A stretch of DNA of 64,000 nt from Candidatus Bathyarchaeota archaeon (GTDB taxonomy: Archaea; Thermoproteota; Bathyarchaeia; TCS64): contig CAVYLP010000004.1 in the NCBI GenBank assembly GCA_963769425.1, forward strand, positions 32,001 to 96,000, written 5' to 3'. Under the pieces are notes generated by a model. The model ran no database searches and was not told where the DNA came from. It saw only the letters and a list, made by a program, of their open reading frames with translations. This document shows, piece after piece, positions 1 through 10,288 of the stretch. A program made the position numbers and the translations under genes. Each line of letters begins with the position of its first letter. Position 1 is the first letter of the stretch.

Positions 1-192
1 GAACTTGCATAGGTCGTTCAGGTGATGGTATACGTTCCCAATGTCACCGTCGTCGAGGTATATGTGGAACTGATCCTTCATCGTCTTCCAGATGTCGTAG
101 CCGTAGGACTCCTGCCCAGAGTCGCCGTTCATGGATATGATTGCCAGTATCTTCATCTTGGTGGCGCCGCAGGAGCCCTGTGGTTTGGGCAA
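1..192 (-). CDS. PadR-like winged-helix transcriptional regulator (partial, runs off window start)
   Basis: Manual translation from TTG at 192: MPKPQGSCGATKMKILAIISMNGDSGQESYGYDIWKTMKDQFHIYLDDGDIGNVYHHLNDLCKF; YGYDI...GNVYxxL is PadR-like. Confidence 0.7.
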   Translation of the reverse strand, partial: MPKPQGSCGATKMKILAIISMNGDSGQESYGYDIWKTMKDQFHIYLDDGDIGNVYHHLNDLCKF

Positions 193-227
193 TTTAACTC
201 GAAAGACTTATAAGCGCCACCGGTATA

Positions 228-253
228 TATAACTTACGTATATGTAAAATATA
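228..253. promoter_or_regulatory. AT-rich imperfect palindrome in divergent padR/tfb promoter (core TTACGTA|TATGTAA)
   Basis: Dyad centred at 240/241 overlapping TATA-like sequence. Confidence 0.4.
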
Positions 254-297
254 CTCTTCTCAGGACTAACCATCCAGGGGAGAAGTCGTGGGAGTGA

Positions 298-1251
298 ATG
301 AAGATGGAAGTAGAGTCTCGTCGGTGCCCGAAGTGTGGTGGCACAAGTATAGTGAGCGACCCAGAGAACGGTGAGCGAGTATGCAACAAGTGTGGTCTCG
401 TGATAGAGGAGTCGCCCATCGATATGGGCCCAGAGTGGAGGGCCTTCACGGTCGCTGAGAAAGAGAGCCGGAGTCGCACAGGGTTAGGGGCATCCCTGAC
501 ACTCTACGACAAGGGCCTCTCCACCGTATTCAAGGGGGACCGCGACGCCTCGGGCAAGAAGCTGGGCGGACACGAGATGGTCAAGATGGACCGCCTCAGG
601 CGATACGATAACAGGAGCAAGTTCGATGAGACCTGGCGAAGGAACCTCAGCGTGGCGATGGCGGAGCTGGATAGGATGTCAGCGATCCTCCATGTCCCGA
701 ATAACGTCAAGGAGCAGGCAGCCTTCATCTATCGCAAGGCGCTCAAGGCCGACCTCATCAGGGGCCGGAGCATAGATGCCTTCGTAGCCGCATCGCTCTA
801 CGCCGCATGTAGGGAGGCTGAGGTACCGAGGCCAATAAAGAAGGTCTCAGAAGCGAGCACGAGGGACCACTCGGAGGTAGCGAGGACCTATCGCCTCATC
901 ATCAAGGAGCTGAAGATCCGGATGCCAGTCGACGAGCCGATGAAGTTCGTACCTAGCATCGCAGCGAAGCTGAGTCTCAGAAGGGACACGGAGCAGAAGG
1001 CCATCAACATCCTGAGGACTGCGAAGATCAAGCAGGGTCTCGTCGGCAAGGACCCGCGTGGCCTTGCCGCGGCGGCGCTCTACATGGCTTGTCTAGAGAA
1101 CGACGACAGACGCATCCAGAAAGAGGTCGCTCGGGCAGCGGGCACGACAGAGGTCACGCTTAGGAACAGGCTCCGCGGTCTGGAGACCTCGATAGCGCCG
1201 GATTCGCTCCACATGATCGATCTCCCGGCATCAACACCGATCTCCATGTAG
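298..1251 (+). CDS. tfb: Transcription initiation factor IIB (TFB)
   Basis: CPKC..CNKC zinc ribbon, GPEWRAF B-reader, DKGLST, two cyclin repeats ending GTTEVTLRNR. Confidence 0.97.
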   Translation: MKMEVESRRCPKCGGTSIVSDPENGERVCNKCGLVIEESPIDMGPEWRAFTVAEKESRSRTGLGASLTLYDKGLSTVFKGDRDASGKKLGGHEMVKMDRLRRYDNRSKFDETWRRNLSVAMAELDRMSAILHVPNNVKEQAAFIYRKALKADLIRGRSIDAFVAASLYAACREAEVPRPIKKVSEASTRDHSEVARTYRLIIKELKIRMPVDEPMKFVPSIAAKLSLRRDTEQKAINILRTAKIKQGLVGKDPRGLAAAALYMACLENDDRRIQKEVARAAGTTEVTLRNRLRGLETSIAPDSLHMIDLPASTPISM

Positions 1252-1314
1252 CCGTTGAGCCATTAAGTAGGCTAATATTTTTAACCCCTCGCCCACCATC
1301 AACTCCGATTCGAC

Positions 1315-1590
1315 TTGGCCGGGGATAAGAAGCCGGAGAAGAAGATCTCGATCGAGGAAGCGTTCCGCAGGATACGTCCTGTCTTCATAATGATGATGCT
1401 TTTCCCCTTCTTCGGCCTCGTCGCGACGATGGTCCTCCTCTACGTCCTGAGGGTGAAGAACCTCCTCCAGATGGAGGGGCTCGTCCTCTTCGCGATGTTC
1501 ATCTACGTCTCCACTACCTACCTCGCTGCTAGGAAGATGGGGCAGATGGGGCAGAAAGTTAAACCGTCGGAGCCTGAGAAGGAACCCTAG
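1315..1590 (+). CDS. Small two-TM membrane protein upstream of atpI
   Basis: 91-aa ORF, two hydrophobic segments, host-like codon usage. Confidence 0.65.
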   Translation: MAGDKKPEKKISIEEAFRRIRPVFIMMMLFPFFGLVATMVLLYVLRVKNLLQMEGLVLFAMFIYVSTTYLAARKMGQMGQKVKPSEPEKEP

Positions 1591-1669
1591 CTGGGCATCT
1601 CCGGAGGCAGCAGGGCATATATGCGCCCTAAAGTTTTTAATGGGAAGAACCGCATTAAGGTGAGTCGCC

Positions 1670-3838
1670 TTGATGAAAAAAGTCACGATCATCACCTTCC
1701 CGGAGTACGAGAGCCTGGTCCTCGACTCCCTCGGCGCGGCGGGTGTGACCCAGCTCAAGGAGGTCACCGGCGCCGATTATGACGAGTATCGGAAGGAAGC
1801 CACCGGCCCTGACTATAAGGCACTTTTCGGCGAGGTCGATCCACGCTACAGGGAACTCCTGAAGCTCATCAGCTTCAAGATCGACCGCACCATCCCGAGC
1901 CTAGACGTCCTCCGCGACTACGCTAGGAACCCCGAGGTGAAGACGAAGGCAACCGTCCAGCAGCTCGACCGGATCCTAGCGCAGCTTAGGGGAGCCAGGG
2001 AGGCTCAGAACAGCGAGGCGGAGAGGATCACCAAGGAGCTCGACGAGAAGATCAGCAAAGCCAGCGCACTCTACCACGAGAAGAAGCGCAACCTCCTAGA
2101 CGTTTACGCCCGCTGGAACATCAAGATAGAGCTCATGAAAGCGCTCGGCTCCGACGAAATCAAGGGGAGCCTAGGGTACGGTGTAGTTAACACCGAGTTC
2201 CTAAAGCGCCTGGAGCAGCACATGGCGAAGCAGCCGGAGGCAAAGATCAAGGCGACCAGCATCTCCCCCTCCGAGAGCTTCATAGAGGTCAAAGGCCCGC
2301 AAGAACTCGAAAAGTGGGTACACGACCTATTCCTCGTCTTCGAGGTCATGGACATTTCCGTAGTCCTAGGCACCGAAGCCAAGACCATCATCGACCCCAC
2401 TAAGAGGGGTAAGGAGCTCGAGAAGCTCCAGAAAGAAATGGTGGCTTGGATTGAGGGAATACAGGCAACGGGCGCCAGCTTCGAAGAGAAGATGGCCACA
2501 CTCGAAACCGAGCACCAGGAATCCATCAAGGCCCTAGAGAAGGAGAAGATCGAGAAGCTCGCTACCTCCACCCAGCAGTGGTCAGAGCGAGCGACAAAGG
2601 TCGAAACCGAGGTCAAGGAGAAGGATATGGGCGCCCTTAGCGAGATCGCGTTCAACTACAACCTTCTCAGACTCGCCGCCGACGGGCGGGCCCCGGTTAT
2701 GAGAACCAAGGTCTTCAGCATCCTGCAGGGCTGGACGCCGGACGAGAATGTAGCGGAGTTCAAGACGGCGCTCACCGACGTCGAGGCTAAGACTGGTGAG
2801 AAGATCATAGTCGAGGTCGAGGACATCGAGCATGGGACGAAGGGTGTGCCGACGCCGACGCCCAACATGAAGCCCCATATCCTCCTACCGACGTGGAAGC
2901 TCACCACTCTACGCGGGTGGCCGACGAACACAGAGTTAAACCCCGCTTACATAAGCGTCATAGTCTTCTCCTTCCAGTTCGGGCTCATGTATGGTGATGT
3001 TGGCCAGGGGCTCATCATACTACTGCTCGGTATAATCTTCACGATGAAGTTCAAACGCGGGATGCTGAAGTACCTCGGTGGTCTGTTCCTCCCAATGGGC
3101 ATAGCCGCCACTATCTTCGGCTTCCTCTACGGCTCATTCTTCCTCAACGAGTCGATACTGGCACAATTCTACGAGCCTATTATGCCCAACCCGATCCATC
3201 AGACGACCAAGCTACTCCTCCTCGTTTTCGAGATAGCGGCCATCGAGATCATATTCGGGTTGTGCATAGGCGCCTACAACCAGATTAAGAAGGGCAACCC
3301 CGTGGGTGCCCTCGGTGAGCACGGCCTTGGGATGATACTCTACGTCGGCGGCCTATACATGACCGCGATGTACTTCATCTCAATCCACATGAACTTCATG
3401 ATGGCCCTCACCTACCCCGGCTTCTACGTGATGATAATCGGGATGCTCCTGAGCTTCGCGGAGCCGGTGATTCACAGCATACAGCACGGTCACGGCGTTG
3501 GGATGGAGAGCATCGGCGAGGGCGTCGGCGGGCTGCTGATGACCTTCGTCGAGGGACTCGCTAACCTCTTTAGCTTCCTGCGTATCGCCGCGTTCGCGTT
3601 AGCACACGCTAGCTTAGCGATAGCGGCTGAGGCACTAAGCGCGGCTCTAGTACTGCCCATTCCGATCCCAATCGGCCTTGTGATCATGAATGTCGTGGCG
3701 CTCAGCTTCGAGTTAATATCTAGCACAGTTCAGAGCTTGAGGCTGCTCTACTACGAGTTCATGGGCAAGTTCTTCGACGGGCAAGGGGTACCGTTCAAGC
3801 CATTCACAGTTCCGAAGGACAAGAGAATAACCGAGTAA
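1670..3838 (+). CDS. atpI: A/V-type ATPase subunit I (a)
   Basis: Soluble coiled N-half, FGLMYGDVGQG, SFLRIAAFALAH (essential Arg), LRLLYYEFMGKFF..G.PFKPF. Confidence 0.93.
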   Translation: MMKKVTIITFPEYESLVLDSLGAAGVTQLKEVTGADYDEYRKEATGPDYKALFGEVDPRYRELLKLISFKIDRTIPSLDVLRDYARNPEVKTKATVQQLDRILAQLRGAREAQNSEAERITKELDEKISKASALYHEKKRNLLDVYARWNIKIELMKALGSDEIKGSLGYGVVNTEFLKRLEQHMAKQPEAKIKATSISPSESFIEVKGPQELEKWVHDLFLVFEVMDISVVLGTEAKTIIDPTKRGKELEKLQKEMVAWIEGIQATGASFEEKMATLETEHQESIKALEKEKIEKLATSTQQWSERATKVETEVKEKDMGALSEIAFNYNLLRLAADGRAPVMRTKVFSILQGWTPDENVAEFKTALTDVEAKTGEKIIVEVEDIEHGTKGVPTPTPNMKPHILLPTWKLTTLRGWPTNTELNPAYISVIVFSFQFGLMYGDVGQGLIILLLGIIFTMKFKRGMLKYLGGLFLPMGIAATIFGFLYGSFFLNESILAQFYEPIMPNPIHQTTKLLLLVFEIAAIEIIFGLCIGAYNQIKKGNPVGALGEHGLGMILYVGGLYMTAMYFISIHMNFMMALTYPGFYVMIIGMLLSFAEPVIHSIQHGHGVGMESIGEGVGGLLMTFVEGLANLFSFLRIAAFALAHASLAIAAEALSAALVLPIPIPIGLVIMNVVALSFELISSTVQSLRLLYYEFMGKFFDGQGVPFKPFTVPKDKRITE

Positions 3839-3948
3839 ACCCCAAAGTAGAAAAAGGTTATAAACAAAACTGATGAGCTATAGGAGAAAAAGGTGGAATA
3901 TCGAATGACTTACTCTGAGACTACCCACCGATCGTTGGAGGGGAAGCC

Positions 3949-4383
3949 TTGAGTACGGTTGATTTTCTTCCCGCTGCGATAGTCGTAGGTGCTACAGTAA
4001 TAGGCGCAGCGTATGCGATGTCCCAGGGAGCGATCGTTGGGGCATCGGCCGAAGTGGAGAAGAAGAGCACCGTCTGGGGCGCCGCCTTGAACGCGTTCGG
4101 TGGCTTTATGATCGTAATGAGCATCCTCTTTACGATCATCATATTGGCTGGAGGTGAAACTGGAGTGATACCTGAGACTGCATGGCCCCTCCTGACCGGA
4201 GCGATGACGATGATTGGAGCCGGCTTCGCCGCCGCCCTCTGTATCATGGTCGCCGCTAAGGCGGGTTCCGAGATGCTGAGCGAGAAGCCAGAGCTTTCGA
4301 TTTGGGCTCTGCTATTCATCGCTCTCGGTGAGGGTCTCGCTATCTACGGTCTGATCGTCACCATCCTGATGGTGAATAAGTAG
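3949..4383 (+). CDS. atpK: A/V-type ATPase proteolipid subunit K (c), double hairpin
   Basis: Four TM helices; EKPEL...IALGEGLAIYGLIV with carrier Glu in second hairpin. Confidence 0.88.
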   Translation: MSTVDFLPAAIVVGATVIGAAYAMSQGAIVGASAEVEKKSTVWGAALNAFGGFMIVMSILFTIIILAGGETGVIPETAWPLLTGAMTMIGAGFAAALCIMVAAKAGSEMLSEKPELSIWALLFIALGEGLAIYGLIVTILMVNK

Positions 4384-4386
4384 GCC

Positions 4387-4424
4387 GTAGGGCGGGACAC
4401 CCCTACCCACTCCCTTCTCTTCTT
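4387..4424 (+). terminator. Hairpin GTAGGG-N8-CCCTAC followed by pyrimidine tract
   Basis: 6-bp stem directly after the atpK stop, then CCCTTCTCTTCTT. Confidence 0.35.
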
Positions 4425-4552
4425 AATATTCTCAAGCAAACAACATGCTGCCGCCATGCATCATTCGTGTTAATCCTGCTGGGAAACCCTTTTAATATTA
4501 ACACCAATGTTTATCCCAAGGGCTTTTAGCCCCATCATGGAAGGGTAAACGC

Positions 4553-4804
4553 ATGAAGTTCAAGGCCTTCGTCTACGTCACCCTCAAGGCCGGGTACAGC
4601 GACCCGGAGGGGGAGACAACGGCCCACGCCCTCAGGGGGCTGGGCTACGCTGTTGATGATGTCCGGTCGAGCAAGGCATACGAGGTCAGCTTCGAGGCCG
4701 CCGACCGGGCGAAGGCGGAGAAGACGCTCGACGAGATGTGCAGGCGCCTCCTCACCAATCCTACAAAGGACGACTACCGCTTCGAGATAAGTGAGAAGAG
4801 ATGA
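4553..4804 (+). CDS. purS: FGAM synthase subunit PurS
   Basis: DPEG and LLTNP motifs; ATGA overlap with purL. Confidence 0.95.
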   Translation: MKFKAFVYVTLKAGYSDPEGETTAHALRGLGYAVDDVRSSKAYEVSFEAADRAKAEKTLDEMCRRLLTNPTKDDYRFEISEKR

Positions 4805-7173
4805 GCCGAATCAGGAAGAGCCCGCACCCCTTCGAGCACTTCGAGGTAGACCTACTCAACGCCGGGGACGCGGAGCTGACCCAGATCGGTAAGACCCTAG
4901 GTCTCGGCCTAAGCCTCGTCGAGCTACGTTACATCAGGGACCACTACATCGTCAGGGAGCGCAAGGCCACAGACGTGGAGCTACAGACATACGACCAGAC
5001 GTTCAGCGAGCACTGCAGCCACAAGACCTTCAGGGGCTTCGTCGAGACCCGCGACGGCAGGGTTGACGGCCTACTCAAGACCTACATCAGGAGCGTCGTA
5101 GAGGAGCTAAGGCCGGATTGGTGCTACAGCGTCTTCGAGGACAACGCGGGGATCGTAGACCTCGAGGGGGACTACAAGGTCGCCATCAAGGTGGAGACCC
5201 ACAACCACCCTTCGGCCATCGAGCCGTTCGGCGGTGCAGCCACGGGACTCGGCGGTGTCATCAGGGACATCCTCGGCGTCTGGGCCGACCCAATCGCCTG
5301 CACGGACGTCCTCTGTTTCGGCCCCCTCAACTACCCGTGGGAGAAGCTCCCCGAGGGCGTCAAGCACCCCACATACCTCTTCAACGGTGTAGTCGACGGG
5401 ATCGGCAGCTACGGCAACAGCATAGGGATACCCACGGTTAACGGGGCGACCCTCTTTGCGGACGAGTATACGGGCAACGTAGTCGTTTACGCGGGCTGCA
5501 TCGGGGTGTTAAAGGACGATCAATACCTCCACGAGGCGAAGCCAGGGGACTACTGTGTCCTCGCCGGTGGAAGGACGGGTCTCGACGGCATCCACGGCGT
5601 CACCTTCGCCTCGGCGGAGCTGACGAAGGAGTCGGAGCAGGTCTCCCGACCAGCCGTGCAGATCGCTAACCCGATTGAGGAGGAGAAGCTTAAGCGCGCC
5701 ATACAGCAGATTAGCGAGCAGAGGCTCGGCTCCGCCATCACCGACATCGGCGGCGGGGGGCTGAGTTGCGGGGTCTGTGAGACCGCGGACAAGTACGACC
5801 TCGGAATAGACGTTGATCTCGACAGAATCCCACTTAAGGCGTCGGACATGGCGCCGTGGGAGATCTGGATATCTGAGAGTCAAGAGAGGATGCTTCTAGT
5901 CGTCCCGCCCAAGAATCTGGAGAAGGTACTCAGGATATTCGGGGACGAGCAAACCGAGGCAAACGCCATCGGGCGATACAACGGCTCAGGCATCGCCAAA
6001 CTCACATACAAGGGCATCCCAGTCGCCAACATCGACCTCAAGTCACTATTCAACCCGCCGAAGACGACGCGGACAGCGAAGTGGTCAGACCCGAGGCTCT
6101 TGGAGCCTGTCTTCGAGCAGCCCGAGGACCTCGGCGCCATCCTGCTGAAGCTCCTCGCCGGCTACAACGTCGCCAGCAAGGAGAAGGTTGTGCGCCGCTA
6201 CGATCAGGAGGTTAAGGGGCAGACGGTGGTGAAGCCGATGCAGGGGTGGAACGCTGGGCCGAGCGACGGCGCCGTGGTCAAGCCACTCGCGGACTCGATG
6301 ATCGGGATCAGCATCTCCTCGGGGATCAACCCCCGTTACGGGAGGATTAGCCCCTACTGGATGGCGGCTTGCGTCATAGACGAGGCCATCAGGAACAACG
6401 TCGCGGTGGGGGGGAGGAGGATAGCCCTCCTCGACAACTTCACTTGGGGTAGTCCCGAGTACCCCGACAGGATCGGGAGCCTCGTCGAGGCGTGCAAGGC
6501 GTGTCACGACTTCGGCGTCGCCTACGGGACCCCATTCATCTCTGGGAAGGACAGCCTCTTCAACGAGTCCCCGCTGGGGCCGATAGTGCCCACGCTACTC
6601 GTCACGGCGCTCGGGATAGTGCCCAGCGTCGGCGGCGCCATCACGATGGACCTGAAGAGGGCGGGGAACCGCCTCTACGTCGTCGGGGAGACCGCCCCGG
6701 AGCTCGGAGGCTCGGAGTACTACCACCTCATGGGCCACCTCGGGGCCTCGGTGCCGAAGCTAGACGCGTCGAAGACCTCGGCGACCTACAAACGGCTCAC
6801 AGCCGCGATGGACGCGGGCATAGTCAAAGCCTGCCACGACGCTTCCGAGGGCGGGCTCGCCGTCGCGCTGGCCGAGATGGCTTTCACCGGCGGCCTCGGG
6901 CTTGAGGCGGACTTCACCAAGGTGCCAGTCACCGAGGAGATGAGGGACGACAAACTTCTCTTCAGCGAGTCGAATGGACGCCTACTTGTGGAGGTGCAGG
7001 AGGGCGACGCGGCCAGGTTCGAGGCGATGATGAAGGGTTCAACGATAGCCTGCATAGGCTCGGTGACCAAGCAGCCGCGCCTCAAGATCAAGAGGAGTGG
7101 GAAGAAGCTGATAGACCTCGACAACGGCGAGACGATTACTGCGTGGAAGACGCCACTGGAGGCCCAGCGATGA
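4801..7173 (+). CDS. purL: FGAM synthase subunit PurL
   Basis: SEHCSHK, KVETHNHPSAIEPFGGAATG, SESQERM. Confidence 0.98.
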   Translation: MSRIRKSPHPFEHFEVDLLNAGDAELTQIGKTLGLGLSLVELRYIRDHYIVRERKATDVELQTYDQTFSEHCSHKTFRGFVETRDGRVDGLLKTYIRSVVEELRPDWCYSVFEDNAGIVDLEGDYKVAIKVETHNHPSAIEPFGGAATGLGGVIRDILGVWADPIACTDVLCFGPLNYPWEKLPEGVKHPTYLFNGVVDGIGSYGNSIGIPTVNGATLFADEYTGNVVVYAGCIGVLKDDQYLHEAKPGDYCVLAGGRTGLDGIHGVTFASAELTKESEQVSRPAVQIANPIEEEKLKRAIQQISEQRLGSAITDIGGGGLSCGVCETADKYDLGIDVDLDRIPLKASDMAPWEIWISESQERMLLVVPPKNLEKVLRIFGDEQTEANAIGRYNGSGIAKLTYKGIPVANIDLKSLFNPPKTTRTAKWSDPRLLEPVFEQPEDLGAILLKLLAGYNVASKEKVVRRYDQEVKGQTVVKPMQGWNAGPSDGAVVKPLADSMIGISISSGINPRYGRISPYWMAACVIDEAIRNNVAVGGRRIALLDNFTWGSPEYPDRIGSLVEACKACHDFGVAYGTPFISGKDSLFNESPLGPIVPTLLVTALGIVPSVGGAITMDLKRAGNRLYVVGETAPELGGSEYYHLMGHLGASVPKLDASKTSATYKRLTAAMDAGIVKACHDASEGGLAVALAEMAFTGGLGLEADFTKVPVTEEMRDDKLLFSESNGRLLVEVQEGDAARFEAMMKGSTIACIGSVTKQPRLKIKRSGKKLIDLDNGETITAWKTPLEAQR

Positions 7174-7982
7174 AGCGTGAGGACATAAGGGTCCTCCTCA
7201 TGCGGGCCCCCGGGACGAACTGCGACCTCGAGACGCTCCGCGCCTTCAGGGACCTCGGCGTCCAGGCGGAGCTACGCCACACCCAGGACGTCTTCAAGAC
7301 GAAGAACCTCCTCGACTACAACGTCCTCGTCTTCCCCGGAGGCTTCAGCTACGGAGACTACGTCCGCAGCGGCGCCATCTGGGCGAAGGAGTGCGAGTAC
7401 AGGATCGGTCCCGAGCTTGAGAGGTTCGTGGACGAGGGGCGCCCGGTGCTGGGGGTCTGCAACGGGTTCCAGCAGCTCGTGGAGCTCGGCTTCCTCCCTG
7501 GATTCGAGGGGAAGTCGAAGTACCCTCAGGCCGCGCTTGCGAATAGCACCCACGGCTACCAGAACAGGTGGATCAGGATGAAGTACGTGGGGCGGGGGAA
7601 CTGCGGGATGATGGGGTACCTAGAAAAGGAGCAGGTCATCGCGTGCCCCGTCGCACACGGCGAGGGGCGCTTCGTCTTCCCCAAGGATGGTGAAGAAGAG
7701 ATGCTCAGGAGCCTCTACGATAAGGATATGCTCGTCTGGCGCTACGTGAAGGCGGATGGGGGCTATGCTGAGGGGAGCTGGCCGGAGAACCCGAACGGAG
7801 CCTTCCACGACATCGCCGGCATTTGCAATCCGGAGGGGACGGTGCTGGGGCTCATGCCACACCCGGAGAGGGCATACGACGGCTGGCTTATGCCCGAGTG
7901 GACGAGGACGGGGCTCAGCCGCTACGGGGACGGGCGCCCATTCTACGAGAGTATAGTGAAGTACACCGAGAGGCGCTTCTAG
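7170..7982 (+). CDS. purQ: FGAM synthase glutaminase subunit PurQ
   Basis: PGTNC, PGGFSYGD, GVCNGFQ, MPHPER; start at ATG 7170 overlapping purL stop. Confidence 0.97.
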   Translation: MKREDIRVLLMRAPGTNCDLETLRAFRDLGVQAELRHTQDVFKTKNLLDYNVLVFPGGFSYGDYVRSGAIWAKECEYRIGPELERFVDEGRPVLGVCNGFQQLVELGFLPGFEGKSKYPQAALANSTHGYQNRWIRMKYVGRGNCGMMGYLEKEQVIACPVAHGEGRFVFPKDGEEEMLRSLYDKDMLVWRYVKADGGYAEGSWPENPNGAFHDIAGICNPEGTVLGLMPHPERAYDGWLMPEWTRTGLSRYGDGRPFYESIVKYTERRF

Positions 7983-7989
7983 CCTCTCT

Positions 7990-8430
7990 CTAACCCTGAG
8001 CCCGCTTTCTCCTGTATTCTGACAGACGCTCGTTTAGTTGTTTGTCAGAGATGGCGAGCATCTCGACGGCTAATAGGGCCGCGTTCTTTGCGCCGTCGAT
8101 GGCGACGGTGGCCACTGGGACCCCGGTGGGCATCTGTACGATACTCAGGAGGGAGTCTATGCCCCCGAGCTTGACCTCCTTCGGGACGCCGATTACGGGC
8201 TTGATGGTCTGGGCGGCGACTACGCCGGGTAGTGCCGCTGCGAGACCGGCTATGCAGATGAAGACCTGCGCGTCTGTGCCCTCGACGTACTGGGTTAGGG
8301 CCTTCAGGTTCCTGTGGGCGGAGAGGGTCCTCTGCTCGTACTCGACCCCGAACTCCTTGAGGGTTGAGGCGGCTGCGTCGCTGAGCTCCTTGTCTGAGTC
8401 GCTGCCGACTATGATGGCGACCTTTGGCAT
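7990..8430 (-). CDS. purE: AIR carboxylase / N5-CAIR mutase PurE
   Basis: GSDSD, SAHR, AGLAAALPG, PVIGVP, QMPTGVPVATV; true start ATG 8430. Confidence 0.96.
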   Translation of the reverse strand: MPKVAIIVGSDSDKELSDAAASTLKEFGVEYEQRTLSAHRNLKALTQYVEGTDAQVFICIAGLAAALPGVVAAQTIKPVIGVPKEVKLGGIDSLLSIVQMPTGVPVATVAIDGAKNAALLAVEMLAISDKQLNERLSEYRRKRAQG

Positions 8431-8527
8431 GGGGTAGGATTGGGGTGATCTGCTTATGAAAGTAGTCCCACGGTCGGAGTTCTGGGGCGGGTAACGCTTA
8501 TCCCCGACTCTCATTCCATTTGATTCG

Positions 8528-8713
8528 ATGTCCGTGCTCAGAATATTCTTTTTCCCCGTGGGAGTCTTCCTCGTCTTCATCGGCACCGTCCTCGCCCTCG
8601 ATTCACCTTTCATGAAGGCGTCCCTCGACGGCGTCAAGTTCATCAGGAAGAACAGGCGCGTCGTTGGGATAGCGATGGTCCTCGTCGGCTTCGCCGTCAT
8701 GGCACTCAGCTGA
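8528..8713 (+). CDS. Small two-TM membrane protein
   Basis: 61-aa hydrophobic ORF filling the gap. Confidence 0.5.
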   Translation: MSVLRIFFFPVGVFLVFIGTVLALDSPFMKASLDGVKFIRKNRRVVGIAMVLVGFAVMALS

Positions 8714-8766
8714 ACCGGCGAAACAATCATCTAATCGATCGCCACCCTTGTTCAGCGGAGATTTGC

Positions 8767-9096
8767 ATGATCTACGAGTGGAGAGTCTACGAGGCCTACC
8801 CGGGCAGGATGGACGCACTAAACGAGCGCTTCGCCAAGACCACCCTCAAGTACTTCGAGAAGCACGGCATCAAGGTGATAGGGTTCTGGACCGCCCTCAT
8901 CGGCACCAGCAACGTCCTCTACTACATGCTCGCGTACGACGACCTCGCCCACAGGGAGAGGGCGTGGAACGCCTTCAGCACCGACCCCGGCTGGGTCAAG
9001 GCGCGCACCGAGACAGAGCAGAGGGCCGGCGGCCCCCTCACGGAGAGGATCGTGAACATGATCCTCAAGCCCACCGACTACTCCCCAATGAAGTAA
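8767..9096 (+). CDS. NIPSNAP family protein
   Basis: IYEWRVY..PG, HGIKVIGFW, LKPTDYSP. Confidence 0.9.
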   Translation: MIYEWRVYEAYPGRMDALNERFAKTTLKYFEKHGIKVIGFWTALIGTSNVLYYMLAYDDLAHRERAWNAFSTDPGWVKARTETEQRAGGPLTERIVNMILKPTDYSPMK

Positions 9097-9233
9097 CTGG
9101 AGCCCTCAATTTACTAAAAAGTTCTCAATTTCTTAGCTCCATAGAGCCTCCCGGGGTGAATGGCTTTAAAAATGTCACAAAATGGGCATTTTAACACACC
9201 AAGACGATCATTAGGAAATTTAGAGACGACTCG

Positions 9234-10145
9234 TCACTCCTCGTGCATCTTAATCGCGTCGTATAGCCCTGCGATGAGAAACTGAACGCCGACGCCAAGG
9301 AAGAGCCCAGAGTCGAAGACGAGGCTATCATACCTCTGCCTGAGCGAGGGCACCTCGAACCCAACTCTGAACGACTGGAGCAGTGAGTACCCCTGTGGCA
9401 ACCCGAAGGGAACATACCCCTCCATGACGAGGGACCTGTGCCCCCCGGTTTCGTTCCTCCAGTAAATGGTCTCACCCACCGGCTGGGGCACGGCCTCGGT
9501 GACGCGAGAGTCTGGGGGGAGCTCCACCATCAGGGAGACGAACGGGTTCCCCCCCATTGGGACCGCCTCGGGCCTAGCCGCGGAGAGCGCGGCTGAGTCA
9601 CTGTTCGAGAAGGGCACTAGGAGCTCGTAGCTTGTGTAGCTCGTCTTCTCAGCGACCCCGTACCACCTGAAAGATAACAGGACTCTGTATATTTCGCTCT
9701 TAGAGACGGGTTTGAAGGTGTAAGACATGATAGTGACGCCCTCAGCTTCTACCCACTCGGCTGAGGCGTCGCCGACGTAGTAGATCTCCTTCTTCTCTTC
9801 ATCAAACCCAACGATCTTGAAGAAGGCGAAATCCACCTTGTTGGGCACCTGGAGGCCCAATGTAACATTTCCTTCCGGGTTCATGCCGACCTCGACGTCG
9901 AGGGTACAGTCCGCGTACCCGCCATCGAGCGAGACGGACTCAACGACAAACGTAATGTTATTCGCGCTGATGCCCCCATACGCGAACGGTAGAATACCAT
10001 AGTATGGCAGCGTCGCGGTCGGGGGACCCCTCGACAGCTCGAGGAAGTCCCCTACGCCGACAGCCGTGAAGACCAGTCCCACGATGAGAGGAAAATACAC
10101 CACTGCGGCCTGCACGAGGGTACGCCGGGAGTAGCGGGGGGCCAT
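9234..10145 (-). CDS. Hypothetical membrane-anchored protein
   Basis: 303 aa; N- and C-terminal TM segments, beta-rich centre. Confidence 0.7.
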   Translation of the reverse strand: MAPRYSRRTLVQAAVVYFPLIVGLVFTAVGVGDFLELSRGPPTATLPYYGILPFAYGGISANNITFVVESVSLDGGYADCTLDVEVGMNPEGNVTLGLQVPNKVDFAFFKIVGFDEEKKEIYYVGDASAEWVEAEGVTIMSYTFKPVSKSEIYRVLLSFRWYGVAEKTSYTSYELLVPFSNSDSAALSAARPEAVPMGGNPFVSLMVELPPDSRVTEAVPQPVGETIYWRNETGGHRSLVMEGYVPFGLPQGYSLLQSFRVGFEVPSLRQRYDSLVFDSGLFLGVGVQFLIAGLYDAIKMHEE

Positions 10146-10288
10146 AGATTAAGCTCACCTGGGGCGAATAAAGCATTTAGTGTAAACAAACAACAAATGG
10201 TCATACGACGCCGTGGTGCGTATACTGAACCATTCAATCTTTACGCAATTATTTTTTTCATTATCTATGGTGGTGCAAGTTGGTGGGG

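Noticed and set aside
5107-7956. Many long antisense or alternate-frame ORFs over pur and other genes
   Set aside because: Shadow ORFs expected from high GC3; Arg/Pro-rich with no motifs
8431-8730. 100-aa N-terminal extension of PurE
   Set aside because: Overlaps an opposite-strand ORF; homology starts at MPKVAIIVGSDSD
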